A DNA stretch of 64,000 nt from positions 1,152,001-1,216,000 of the forward strand of contig CAVVUN010000015.1 of the NCBI GenBank assembly GCA_963751455.1, in the 5' to 3' direction. Positions within the stretch are counted from its first letter, which is position 1. The number at the start of each line of letters is the position of its first letter. Source of the DNA: Nitrospirota bacterium (GTDB lineage Bacteria > Nitrospirota > UBA9217). The notes under the pieces are model-generated. The model was not told the origin of the DNA and searched no databases. It saw nothing but the letters and a program-made list of their open reading frames with translations. Of the stretch, positions 9,840-19,439 are shown one piece after another. The position numbers and the translations under genes were made by a program.

Positions 9840-10724
9840 ATGAACGATGAAAAGAAAAATGCGGCAGCTGCTCCGGTCTGAAAGCCGTCAGGCGGCAAAG
9901 GTGATTGCCGCGTAGATATGGGGAACACTTTTTCCTCGTGCGCTCTTCCCCTCGGGCCAGGGACAACGGGCTTGGGCTTCGCTGCAGGTGCGGGCACGGA
10001 TAACGACATCCGCACCGCGATCAGGAAAAAATATTCAGAAGTCGCGGCTTCCGCTGCCGGAAAGTTCCAGTATCCTGTCGGCAGGGACGGCGCATACGGC
10101 CTCGCATATGATCCTGTTTTGATAGAGGCAGCCGGGCCGGAGTTTCTAGATTCATTTTGCGGTGTGGGAAATCCTTTTTCCCTCGCTGCAATCCAGCCAG
10201 GCGACAGGGTTCTGGATTTCGGATGCGGTGCTGGCTTCGATCTATTCGTTGCAGCCAAACTGGCAGGAAGCTCGGGCCGCGTTTGTGGAATAGATTTGAC
10301 TGAACAAATGACCAGGCGGGCAGAGGAGAACCTCTTTCGGCTGGGAATCAAGAACTTTGAGGTCAAAAAGGTCGATTCTGAAACCGTACCGTATGAAAAC
10401 AATACGTTTGACGTTGTGATATCGAATGGAGTTATAAACCTGTCCCCTGATAAGGCGGCAGCTTTCAAGGAGATAATCCGCGTTCTGAAGCCGGCCGGAA
10501 GATTTCAATTTGCGGATGTTGTACTCGAGAAAGAGCTGCCGGAAAATATCGCAGGAAGTCTCGAAGCATGGTCCCAGTGAATCGGCGGAACTGTCCCGGT
10601 CAGGGACCAGGTAAGGCTGCTGGAAGAAGCGGGATTCGAAAAACCGGAATTCAAGGGATATACGGGGTATTGGACGTCGGCTTATACTGTCGGAGCTTTA
10701 TTTAAAGCGAGGAAAAAGCTTTAG
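9840..10724 (+). CDS. ArsM (arsenite methyltransferase)-like SAM methyltransferase, predicted selenoprotein with two Sec
   Basis: ATG 9840 (SD GAGG) is in frame with ORF 9918..10580. UGA at 9879-9881 and at 10578-10580 (WSQ-U-IGG, where ArsM-type proteins have W-x-x-C-I-x-G). The frame stays open to TAG 10722-10724. Motifs SFCGVGNP, VLDFGCGAGFD and SNGVINLSPDK. Confidence 0.85.
9882..9911 (+). promoter_or_regulatory. Bacterial SECIS-like hairpin 1
   Basis: 10 nt after UGA 9879: perfect stem GCGGCAA/TTGCCGC with loop AGGTGA. Confidence 0.7.
10581..10610 (+). promoter_or_regulatory. Bacterial SECIS-like hairpin 2
   Basis: 10 nt after UGA 10578: CTGTCCC-GGTCA-GGGA(C)CAG, a bulged stem with a G-initial loop. 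Confidence 0.75.
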
Positions 10725-10782
10725 CCACCAGAAGAACCATTGCAAATTGCAAAGTGAAAATTAGTTGTTTTTAGTTTGCTTT

Positions 10783-11495
10783 TCCAGACACCCCTGCATC
10801 CCGTGAGCAACGTCCGCGCTTTACATGACCGGAAATCGCGTCGGTAAATCACAAAGCATGCATGCGCGTGCGAAGCTCAGCGCAATGGGATGCTGTGTCG
10901 ACCGGTAAAAAATAAAACTCTCTGGCATGTTTGCGCGGCGGTGTGAACGGCGGTGCAGAAAAAAGACAAGGGTCTCGAACTTCATGCCATGAAGTCCACG
11001 ATCCTTGGTTTTTTCGGGCAGCCTCGGTGCTCTGCTGTGCTTTGCATGCCCGATTCACTTTTAGGGGTACAGCATTTTGCGATTATTCCTGCAGCACTTT
11101 CCCTGCGGCCGTGCTGCCTTGAGCCCTGTAGTAATCGGTATTCGATGGCGGCATGCCCGACGCACAGCTATCGCGACCGAGCTGCCCCGGGGTTTGGGGT
11201 AACCTTTAAGCCAGAGCAGTTAAAGCAACCACTGGGTCAGTTTTTATTTTCTTTTGCCTTTCCAGAACCCCTGCATCCCGTGAGTAATGTCCGCGCATTA
11301 CATGACCGGGACTCGAGTCGGTAAATTACAAATCATGCCTGCGCGTGCGTAGCTCAGCGCGATGGGCTGTTGAAATGACACGTAAAACAGAAGACACTGT
11401 GTCATGTTTGCGCGGCGATGCGAACGGCGGTGCAGAAAAGAGACAAGGGTCTTGCACTTCCTGGCATGAAGTACACGATCCTTTGTTTTCTCGGC
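10783..11495. repeat. Tandem mosaic palindromic repeat D-C-D (period about 478 bp), lacking A/B insertions
   Basis: TTCCAGA(C)ACCCCTGCATCCCGTGAG... recurs at about 10782 and about 11260. Reverse complement of the 22387-23270 blocks without the inserts. Confidence 0.85.
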
Positions 11496-11589
11496 AGTGT
11501 TATATCTCCTTAGCTGCGAAATCCTCTTCCCGTTTATTGCTAACAATGGTATAGTTGCGGCCAGGCGACAGCCAGTCGTCCGCTCGACC

Positions 11590-12348
11590 ATGGATTTCAT
11601 ATCAGCCAAAACCATATTAACTTTGTTTACGCCTCCGGCCTTCCTGATCATAGCCATAGGCGCCGGCTTTCTGATGTTATTGTTCTGCCGATTGTTCGGC
11701 AAGATCCTGATCGTTTCGGGTTTTCTCCTTCTGTACCTTTTGAGTTTAAGCCCGGTTGCCGAACTGCTGCTGAAGCCGCTCGAAACCAACGCGGCCGAAC
11801 GTCTGCGGAAAGATACCAGGGCGGACGCGATCGTCGTGCTGAGCGGAGGCGTAAAGGATCTTTCATGGCTCGAACTGCCTCCTGAACCTTCCAGCACTTC
11901 GCTCGAGAGGGTTGTGAAGGGCGTCACGGTGTACCGGGTCCTGCAGCTGCCCCTGGTCCTGGCCGGCGGGAACGCAGAGCCTGATGGAAAGGCCGGCCCT
12001 GAAGCTGACGCCATGGCCCGTGTGGCGCGGGACCTCGGTGTGCCCTCAAAGAACATAATCGCCGAGAACAAGTCCCGGAATACAATTGAGAGTGCGCGGG
12101 CACTCAAAGGCCTTCTAAAAGGACGCCGTATCGTCCTGATTACGTCCGCCTTTCATCTGAAACGGGCTACGGCCATGTTCCGGAAACAGGGCTTTACTGT
12201 AACGCCGATTTCAGCGTCCTATCTGTATCAACAGAGAAGTCTTTCCTTCAACTCATTCATTCCCGAAGCCTCCAGTCTCTCCGCTTCATCCACCGCGATT
12301 TCTGAATATATTAAACTGTTCTGGTATTCTGTTACCGGCGATATGTGA
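11590..12348 (+). CDS. YdcF/ElyC/SanA (DUF218) family protein
   Basis: N-terminal TM segments, AIVVLSGG, ENKSRNTIES, LITSAFHLKRA. Start moved to ATG 11590. Confidence 0.88.
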   Translation: MDFISAKTILTLFTPPAFLIIAIGAGFLMLLFCRLFGKILIVSGFLLLYLLSLSPVAELLLKPLETNAAERLRKDTRADAIVVLSGGVKDLSWLELPPEPSSTSLERVVKGVTVYRVLQLPLVLAGGNAEPDGKAGPEADAMARVARDLGVPSKNIIAENKSRNTIESARALKGLLKGRRIVLITSAFHLKRATAMFRKQGFTVTPISASYLYQQRSLSFNSFIPEASSLSASSTAISEYIKLFWYSVTGDM

Positions 12349-12551
12349 TCTGCACTGATGTCGCTTCTTCGACTTCCCTCCCGACGCTGCAAACATCATC
12401 GTTATCACATAACCCCTGCTATACTTATTGTAGCAGGATAAACATTCGTGCCTTCGTGGCTGAATTTTGCTGTTGAATGCGCTGAATCACTTCGATTGAA
12501 TATCGGGATGTCTTCGCGGCATTATGGTTCCGTCTTTGAAAGGAGGCAACC

Positions 12552-13001
12552 ATGCTGAAAAAATTATTCCAAACACATGAGGATATAGCGTTGCTGGTGC
12601 TTCGGGTCATGCTCGGCGTTGTATTCTTCCCGCACGGGATGCAGAAGCTCCTGGGCTTGTTCGGCGGCTACGGGTTCTCCGCAACCATGGACTCTTTCAC
12701 CACGAAACTCGGTATTCCCGCGATCTTCGCTTTTCTTGCGATCATGGCAGAGTCGCTTGGTTCGCTTGGTCTTATTTCCGGTCTTTTGACGCGGGTGGCA
12801 GCCTTCGGCATCGCGGTTAACATGATCGTTGCCGTTTTCCTTCTCCACCTGCAGAATGGGTTCTTCATGAACTGGTACGGCACTCAAAAAGGAGAGGGAA
12901 TCGAATACCACCTCCTGGTGATTGCGATAACGGTCGTGCTCATGATCAGGGGAGGAGGCACGTGGTCAATAGACCAGGCGATCGCAAAAAACCTGAAATA
13001 A
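12552..13001 (+). CDS. DoxX family membrane protein
   Basis: LRVMLGVVFFPHGMQKLLG...GLLTRVAA...GIEYHLL...GGGTWSID, with SD AGGAGG. Confidence 0.9.
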   Translation: MLKKLFQTHEDIALLVLRVMLGVVFFPHGMQKLLGLFGGYGFSATMDSFTTKLGIPAIFAFLAIMAESLGSLGLISGLLTRVAAFGIAVNMIVAVFLLHLQNGFFMNWYGTQKGEGIEYHLLVIAITVVLMIRGGGTWSIDQAIAKNLK

Positions 13002-13018
13002 GAAATGCTTTGGCGCGA

Positions 13019-13046
13019 GGCGGGGTCTTCTCCCCGCCTTTTTTTT
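13019..13046 (+). terminator. Rho-independent terminator
   Basis: GGCGGGG-TCTTCT-CCCCGCC followed by T8. Confidence 0.85.
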
Positions 13047-13076
13047 CAGATAAGCAGCACTTGATTACAACTTCTA

Positions 13077-13105
13077 TTGACATGACCTGCGCCTCCCTAT
13101 ATTAT
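13077..13105 (+). promoter_or_regulatory. Sigma70-type promoter for the transglycosylase gene
   Basis: TTGACA-17 nt-TATTAT. Confidence 0.6.
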
Positions 13106-13122
13106 ATTATCCAGGTTAAATT

Positions 13123-15510
13123 ATGTCGTTTGGTTGTACATATTTCATTAGGCATGTCATGGTATTCTTAAAAAGAATTGTTCAGGTTTCCCTTATCGTT
13201 TCAATGATTTCATGCGCCACATACAAACATGATCCTCCCGATAATGCAGCCATGAACCCGTTGGCGCTCTCAGCAGGCATTCTCCCGGCAGACCCGGAGC
13301 AGGGGGTGAAAAACGCTGTGGATGCGTCCAAAGCGGGGGATTGGCAGGCTGCACTTATTCTTTCAAGGCAGGTCGCGGACCGGTTCCCCGATACCCTGTG
13401 GTATAAACGGTCTCTGTTCCTTATGGAGCGTGCGCTGATCCAACTTGACCGGTCTGCCGAGGCAGATGCCGCTATGCTCGCAGTCCAGGCAGAATATCCG
13501 GAAATGGCGGATTACGGGCTGTTCATCCTGGCCGAGTATCATTTTTTGAAGGAGCGATACAGCCAGGCGGCTGCGTTGTATGAAGAGCTTATCAGCCGTT
13601 ATCCGAAGAGCTCACTTGCTTCGCGCTCGGTGTTCCGGCGCGCCCAGGCCCTGACCGAGGCGTATGCGTACGCGCCGGCCGCCCAGTTATATGAACGGTT
13701 CCTTCGAGACTACCCGCGTTCGGAGCTCTGCGCCGACGCCTGTCTCGGTCTCGGGAGGGCGCTGACCGCGGAAGCCGACCTCGCTAATGCTGTCCGGGCC
13801 TACCGTGACGTGCTCGTAAAATATCCCGCCAGTGCCATGGAGCAGCGCGCTCAGTCCGCCTTACTGGAACTCCGGGCGGGCGGCGTCGAGGTTCCCGAAC
13901 TTAGCTCCAGCGAGCTCTACGAACGCGGGAAAAATCTTTTCCAGGCAGGCCTTTACGACAGGACCGTGGAAGCGTTCAGGAAACTGCTTGCGGCTGATGC
14001 CCGGTTTGCGAACAGGCCCGAGGTGATGCTGAAGACCGGCATCGCGCTCTTTAATCTCGGAAGGCGGCCCGAAGCCGCTGCGCTGCTCGAGAAGATGGTG
14101 AAGGAGCATCCGCGCGACCAGCGGGTAGCCGATGCGCTGTACTGGACCGGCAGGTCCTACAGCAAGCTCGGAGAGTCCGAAAAAGCGCTGGCCATCTTCC
14201 GCAAGATCCTGATCTCGTATTCAGGGAGCGAGTGGGCCGACGATGCCCTCTTTATTACCGCGAACATTTATCGGGACGCCAATGACATGAAGCAGGCGCT
14301 CTCATTGTTCGGGAAGCTGGCACAGGAGCATCCCGGCAGCAGGTATGCTGACAGCGCCGTGTGGTGGCAGGCCTGGTCCTATTACGGCGCGGGAGAATAC
14401 CAAAAGGCCGAACAGAAGCTCCAGGAGCTGGCCACTAAGTATCCGCGTTCGTTTCTCGTGAGCCAGGCGTTCTACTGGCAGGGAAGGGCCGCCGAAAAAA
14501 ACGGCTCCGTACAGCATGCCGTCGCACAATTTGCCAAACTTTTGAAACGAGCGCCGTATTCGTACTATGGCTACCGCGCCAGCGAGCGGTTGGCCGCAAT
14601 CGGCCCGCTGGCCGCCGCTAAAGCGGATTTTATGCCGGAAGCGCAAACGTCGTGCGAGGAAGGCGCGTGTGCCGGCGAAGCGCCGGTAGAAGCCGAAACG
14701 GACGACGGCCCGCCTGTCTGGACCGCGGAAGCCGTTAAGATCCTTTCCTCTGATCCTTCATTCGTCAAATCGCGCGAGCTCCTCTACCTGAACATGAAGA
14801 AAGAGGCTGCCGCGGAGCTCTGGCCGATCCAGGAAAGGCTGCCGAGACGGCGCGGCGCCATGCTCGGCCTGAGCAAGACTTTTTTCGAACTCGGGGACTA
14901 TTACCGTTCCCTGATGCTCGTTCTGAGGAACTATGAACGGTATCTTGACGGCGAAACAGAGAAGACGCCCGCGGATTTCTGGATGCTCGCGTATCCCCAA
15001 GGCTACTGGGACAGCATTCTTTCCTATTCCCGAAAGTACGGCCAGGACCCCTATTTCATCGCGGCCATCATCAGGCAAGAGAGCCAGTTCAGATCCGAAG
15101 CGGTCTCGCCCGCGGGAGCCCGCGGCCTTATGCAGGTGATGCCGGCGACAGGTGAATGGGTCGCTCGCAACATACGGCTGCGCGGTTTCGATGCGGGAAA
15201 GCTCTACGACTCGGACACGGGCATCAACATAGGCACCTGGTACATCGGCAGTCTTATGAAGCGGTTCAAGGGCGACCCGGTGCTGGTTGCTGCCGCCTAC
15301 AACGCGGGGCCGGAGGCGGTCTCCCGGTGGTCCATGAACGGCATGGACAGAGATGAGTTCGTTGAATCGATCCCGTTCCAGGAGACAAGGGGTTACGTTA
15401 AAAAAGTAATGCAAAACTATGCCGAGTACAAGAGGATCTACGGCAAAAACGTGGCGCCGATTGCGCCCCTTCCGGTAAAGAATGAAACTGCGATCGAATC
15501 GAAGATGTAG
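13123..15510 (+). CDS. TPR-repeat soluble lytic transglycosylase (Slt-like lipoprotein)
   Basis: Lipobox-like ISC, many TPR/BamD-type repeats, SLT motifs IIRQESQF, GLMQVMP, AAYNAGP, ETRGYVKKV. The true start may be slightly downstream. Confidence 0.9.
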   Translation: MSFGCTYFIRHVMVFLKRIVQVSLIVSMISCATYKHDPPDNAAMNPLALSAGILPADPEQGVKNAVDASKAGDWQAALILSRQVADRFPDTLWYKRSLFLMERALIQLDRSAEADAAMLAVQAEYPEMADYGLFILAEYHFLKERYSQAAALYEELISRYPKSSLASRSVFRRAQALTEAYAYAPAAQLYERFLRDYPRSELCADACLGLGRALTAEADLANAVRAYRDVLVKYPASAMEQRAQSALLELRAGGVEVPELSSSELYERGKNLFQAGLYDRTVEAFRKLLAADARFANRPEVMLKTGIALFNLGRRPEAAALLEKMVKEHPRDQRVADALYWTGRSYSKLGESEKALAIFRKILISYSGSEWADDALFITANIYRDANDMKQALSLFGKLAQEHPGSRYADSAVWWQAWSYYGAGEYQKAEQKLQELATKYPRSFLVSQAFYWQGRAAEKNGSVQHAVAQFAKLLKRAPYSYYGYRASERLAAIGPLAAAKADFMPEAQTSCEEGACAGEAPVEAETDDGPPVWTAEAVKILSSDPSFVKSRELLYLNMKKEAAAELWPIQERLPRRRGAMLGLSKTFFELGDYYRSLMLVLRNYERYLDGETEKTPADFWMLAYPQGYWDSILSYSRKYGQDPYFIAAIIRQESQFRSEAVSPAGARGLMQVMPATGEWVARNIRLRGFDAGKLYDSDTGINIGTWYIGSLMKRFKGDPVLVAAAYNAGPEAVSRWSMNGMDRDEFVESIPFQETRGYVKKVMQNYAEYKRIYGKNVAPIAPLPVKNETAIESKM

Positions 15511-15543
15511 AATATACTGTGTGCGGACGTTACAGGTTCCCTG

Positions 15544-15765
15544 GTGAAGGACATTAAAACCAAATTCGACGAAGTTGAAAAACGGGTCAAAGCCGTAGTG
15601 ACTGAAAACGCCTCGCTTCGGAAACAGGTCCGCGAGCTGGAAGCGGAACTTGCTAAGACCCGCCGGGAATCTCACGAGCTCCAGAATTTTCACGGAAAAA
15701 AACTGCACATCCGGGAAAAGATCGAGCGTATCCTGCAGTCACTTGAAACCGCAGAAAAGAAGTGA
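15544..15765 (+). CDS. Small coiled-coil protein (ZapB-like)
   Basis: 73-aa heptad-rich ORF ending IREKIERILQSL. GTG start. Confidence 0.6.
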   Translation: MKDIKTKFDEVEKRVKAVVTENASLRKQVRELEAELAKTRRESHELQNFHGKKLHIREKIERILQSLETAEKK

Positions 15766-15801
15766 CCCTGTTTTTTAGCGCGGGCAAGGGACCAAACGCC
15801 T

Positions 15802-16701
15802 ATGGCATCCGAAACCCTTTTTTACAACAGTCTTCTGAACACCCTCTATGACGGCGTTTATTTCGTCGACAAGGACAGAAGAATTACGTATTGGAACAAA
15901 GGGGCCGAGGAGATCACCGGATATTCGGCGTCCGAGGTGGTCGGCAAGAAATGCTCGGAAGGCATCCTGATGCATACCGACCAGGAAGGCGATATCCTCT
16001 GCAACAGCTGCTGCCCGCTCAACGAGACCATTTGTAAAAACAACGGCCAGGAACGCGAGATGTTTCTCCAGCATAAGCAGGGCCACCGGGTGCCCGTGAA
16101 AGTGCGCGTGACGAGCGTCCTCGATGAGCACGGAGCAGTCGTTGGCGGACTGGAGGTATTCAGCGTCAGCGCGTACGGATCGGCCGCCGTGGAAAGGGTT
16201 GCAGAGCTCGAGAAAATGGCGTTCGTGGATCCTTTGACCGGCCTGCCCAACCGGCGTTTCTCCGAGATAGCCTTGAACGCGCGGCTCGAGGAGCTTCAGC
16301 GGTACGACTGGGGCTTCGGAGTTATTTTCATCGATATCGATCATTTCAAGATCGTCAACGACCAATACGGGCACGATATCGGAGACGAGGTCCTCAAAAT
16401 GGCGGCGAAGACGCTTCAGAACACGGTGCGGAGCTTCGACGTTGTCAGCCGCTGGGGGGGCGAGGAATACGTGGCCATTATCGTTCATGTGAGCAGTGAA
16501 GAGCTTGTTGCGACCGCGAACCGTTGCCGGGCCCTTGTCGAACGATCGAGACTCCCCGGCGCGCAGCCGGTCAGCGTAACCATTTCGGCCGGCGCGACCC
16601 TTGCGAAAGGGGATGACACTGTGCACTCCCTGATCAAGAGGGCCGACGAGCTGATGTATAAAAGCAAAATTGCGGGCAGGAACTGCGTTAGCGTAGGCTA
16701 A
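15802..16701 (+). CDS. PAS-domain diguanylate cyclase
   Basis: PAS (WNKGAEEITGY), DPLTGLPNRR, DIDHFK, I-site RSFD, GGEEY. Confidence 0.92.
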   Translation: MASETLFYNSLLNTLYDGVYFVDKDRRITYWNKGAEEITGYSASEVVGKKCSEGILMHTDQEGDILCNSCCPLNETICKNNGQEREMFLQHKQGHRVPVKVRVTSVLDEHGAVVGGLEVFSVSAYGSAAVERVAELEKMAFVDPLTGLPNRRFSEIALNARLEELQRYDWGFGVIFIDIDHFKIVNDQYGHDIGDEVLKMAAKTLQNTVRSFDVVSRWGGEEYVAIIVHVSSEELVATANRCRALVERSRLPGAQPVSVTISAGATLAKGDDTVHSLIKRADELMYKSKIAGRNCVSVG

Positions 16702-16768
16702 GGCAAAGGTTTTAAACGCCATGCCCTATGCCCCATGCGCTATGCGCTGCAGCATTACAGGACCATCA

Positions 16769-17500
16769 TTGGACATTATCAGCGCGAACAACTTGATCAA
16801 GGACTTCAACGGCCTGCGCGCAGTCGACCGCATCGGTTTCCGGATTTCCCGGGGCGAGTGTTTCGGCTTCCTGGGCCCGAACGGTGCGGGTAAGACGACC
16901 GTCATGCGGATCATTTCCTGCTTCATGCCGCCCACGGAAGGTGAGGTCCGTGTATTCGGCAAGGACGTGATTCGCGAGCCGAGCGCTATCAAGGCGCGGA
17001 TCGGTGTAATGCCGCAGGACAACAACCTCGACCCGGACCTGTCCGTTACGGAAAATCTCGTTGTGTATGCCCGGTACTTTGATATCCGGAAGAAAGATTG
17101 CCTTCGCCTGGCCCGCGTGCTGCTCGAATTTGTCGAGCTCCAGGACAAGGCGACCGCGAAGATCGACCAGCTTTCCGGCGGAATGAAACACCGGCTCCTC
17201 CTCGCACGCTCCCTCGTGAACAACCCCGACATCCTGATCCTTGACGAACCCACAACGGGCCTTGACCCTCACAGCAGAAGGGCGGTCTGGGACAAGCTCA
17301 ATCATCTCAAATCGCAAAATACCACGCTTCTCCTTACAACGCACTATATGGACGAGGCGGAGCGGCTTTGCGACCGCGTGGCCATCATGGATTCTGGAAG
17401 AATCAAGGCAATCGATACCCCGCAGAACCTGATGAAGGAGCACGGGGGCAACCTCGAGGACGTGTATCTCAAGATGACCGGGAGGAGCCTTGCGGATTAA
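16769..17500 (+). CDS. ABC exporter ATP-binding subunit (NodI-like)
   Basis: GPNGAGKTT, LSGGM, ILDEPT, TTHYMDEA. Probable TTG start at 16769, because the upstream extension is 7-mer repeat DNA. Confidence 0.88.
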   Translation: MDIISANNLIKDFNGLRAVDRIGFRISRGECFGFLGPNGAGKTTVMRIISCFMPPTEGEVRVFGKDVIREPSAIKARIGVMPQDNNLDPDLSVTENLVVYARYFDIRKKDCLRLARVLLEFVELQDKATAKIDQLSGGMKHRLLLARSLVNNPDILILDEPTTGLDPHSRRAVWDKLNHLKSQNTTLLLTTHYMDEAERLCDRVAIMDSGRIKAIDTPQNLMKEHGGNLEDVYLKMTGRSLAD

Positions 17501-18245
17501 ACGCGCATTCAGGGTCTGGCAGCGCCACTGGACAGTCTACACCAAGCTCTACCGGACGAGTTTCGCCCTGAACTTTGCGGAGCCTGCGCTGTACCTCGTT
17601 GCCATGGGCCTCGGTCTCGGCGCGTTCGTACAGAACATTCACGGGCAGCCTTATATCAATTACATCGCACCGGGCATCGTGGCGTCCTCATCCGTGTTCG
17701 CAGCCGTGTATGAATGCACGTACGGAACGTATATACGGATGACTTTTCAGAAGACGTTCGACGCGATCCTCGCAACGCCGATAAACCTCGATGACCTGAT
17801 TGCCGGAGAGCTGATCTGGGGCGCTACCAAAAGCGTGATCTTCGGGATCACGATCATGATCGTGATCGCTCTATTCGGGCTTGTGGACTCGCCCCTTATC
17901 GTGCTTTCGATCCCGTTCATTTTCCTCGGGGGACTGATTTTTGCCGAACTCTCGGTGCTTTTCTGTTCGCTGGTGCCCGGGATCGACTTTTTCAGCTACT
18001 TTTACACCCTGTTCATGACGCCGCTCTTTCTCTTTTCCGGGATTTTTTTTCCGCTCGACAGCATGCCGCCGATCGTCGCGCGCCTTGCTTCGTTCACGCC
18101 CCTTTACCATCTCGTGAACATCTGCCGCGCCTTTGCCGCAGGGACTTTCGAAGGAACAGCCGCGAGCATGGTCTGGATGGTGGTCATGACTGTGGCGCTG
18201 GCTCCGCTGCCGTTTCGCCTGATGAGAAAAAGGGTGATTGAGTAA
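17490..18245 (+). CDS. ABC-2 permease (NodJ-like)
   Basis: Six-TM pattern, YIAPG, LFLFSGIFFPL. Overlaps the ATPase stop. Confidence 0.88.
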   Translation: MRIKRAFRVWQRHWTVYTKLYRTSFALNFAEPALYLVAMGLGLGAFVQNIHGQPYINYIAPGIVASSSVFAAVYECTYGTYIRMTFQKTFDAILATPINLDDLIAGELIWGATKSVIFGITIMIVIALFGLVDSPLIVLSIPFIFLGGLIFAELSVLFCSLVPGIDFFSYFYTLFMTPLFLFSGIFFPLDSMPPIVARLASFTPLYHLVNICRAFAAGTFEGTAASMVWMVVMTVALAPLPFRLMRKRVIE

Positions 18246-18365
18246 TAGAAGGCAAAACAGGCGATTCTTTTTTGCCGCAAAGATGCATAAGGAACGCAAG
18301 CGTTCAAGGGACCACAATCCTTCTTTTGCGTCTTTTGCGCATTTTGCGGTTTAAAATATTAAGAT

Positions 18366-19337
18366 ATGGCCAAAAACAGATTCTCGGATAAGGTTGCTTC
18401 AGTCAGACAGGAACCGCTTGCAGCCGATGCCATAAAGGCGTTGCAGGTAAACCTCGGCTACGCCTGCAATATGTCGTGCAAGCATTGCCATGTATCGGCG
18501 GGCCCCGCACGGATCGAGATAATGGACCGAACCACGATCGATCTCGTTATGGCTGTTCTGCACGAACATCGCATAGAAACGCTGGATATTACCGGCGGCG
18601 CGCCGGAAATGAATCCTGGTTTCAGGGCGCTCGTATCGGAAGCGAAGAAGCGGGGAACCAGGGTCATCGTACGCACAAACCTGACCGTTTTTTCTGAACA
18701 GGGGATGGCTGACCTGCCGGAATTCTACCGAGACACCGGTGTTGAATTGATTGCTTCGCTTCCCTGTTACCTCGAGCAGAACGTGGCCGCTGTACGAGGC
18801 AGGGGCGCGTTTGAAAAAAGCATCGAAGCCCTTCGCCGCCTGAACCGGCTGGGCTTCGGCCTGGGATCGCCGGAGCGGCCTCTGAACCTGGTATACAATC
18901 CCTCCGGACCGTTTTTGCCGCCCGCACAGGCAGGACTCGAAGCCGACTATAAGCGTCAATTGAAGGACCAATACGGGATCACGTTCGACCGGCTATACTC
19001 GTTCGTGAACATGCCGCTGGGGAGGTTCAGGGACCGACTGGTTCATAGCGGCGATTACGAGAGATATTGCGCCATGCTCGAATCCTCGTTCAACCCGGAT
19101 ACGCTGGACCGGCTGATGTGCAGGTCGCTCGTAAGCGTCGGTTGGGACGGCAGGCTCTACGACTGCGATTTCAACCAGGTCCTGGGGATACCGGTAACGC
19201 AGGCAGGCAGCCATATTCGAGGCTTTGATCATGATGCGCTTTCCCGAAGGCGCATCGCTGTGGACAATCACTGCTTCGGCTGCACCGCGGGCCAGGGGTC
19301 AACGTGAATGGGCGCAGTGACCGGGCCGGGCGCCTGA
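18366..19337 (+). CDS. arsS: Radical SAM (seleno)protein ArsS, arsenosugar-biosynthesis family
   Basis: LQVNLGYACNMSCKHCHV, LDITGGAPEMN, MCRSLVSVGWDG.LYDCDFNQ, HCFGCTAGQGST-UGA(19305)-MGA. The UGA sits where the family has GSSCGG. Next stop at 19335-19337. Confidence 0.85.
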
Positions 19338-19439
19338 TACGCTTGACTGCTGATGGCAGAGCGCTGACGATTTCTGATAGTCTCTGCGTAGCCTCCCGCA
19401 CTCTGAAGTCCGAATTCTGCACTCACCCTGTAACATGCC

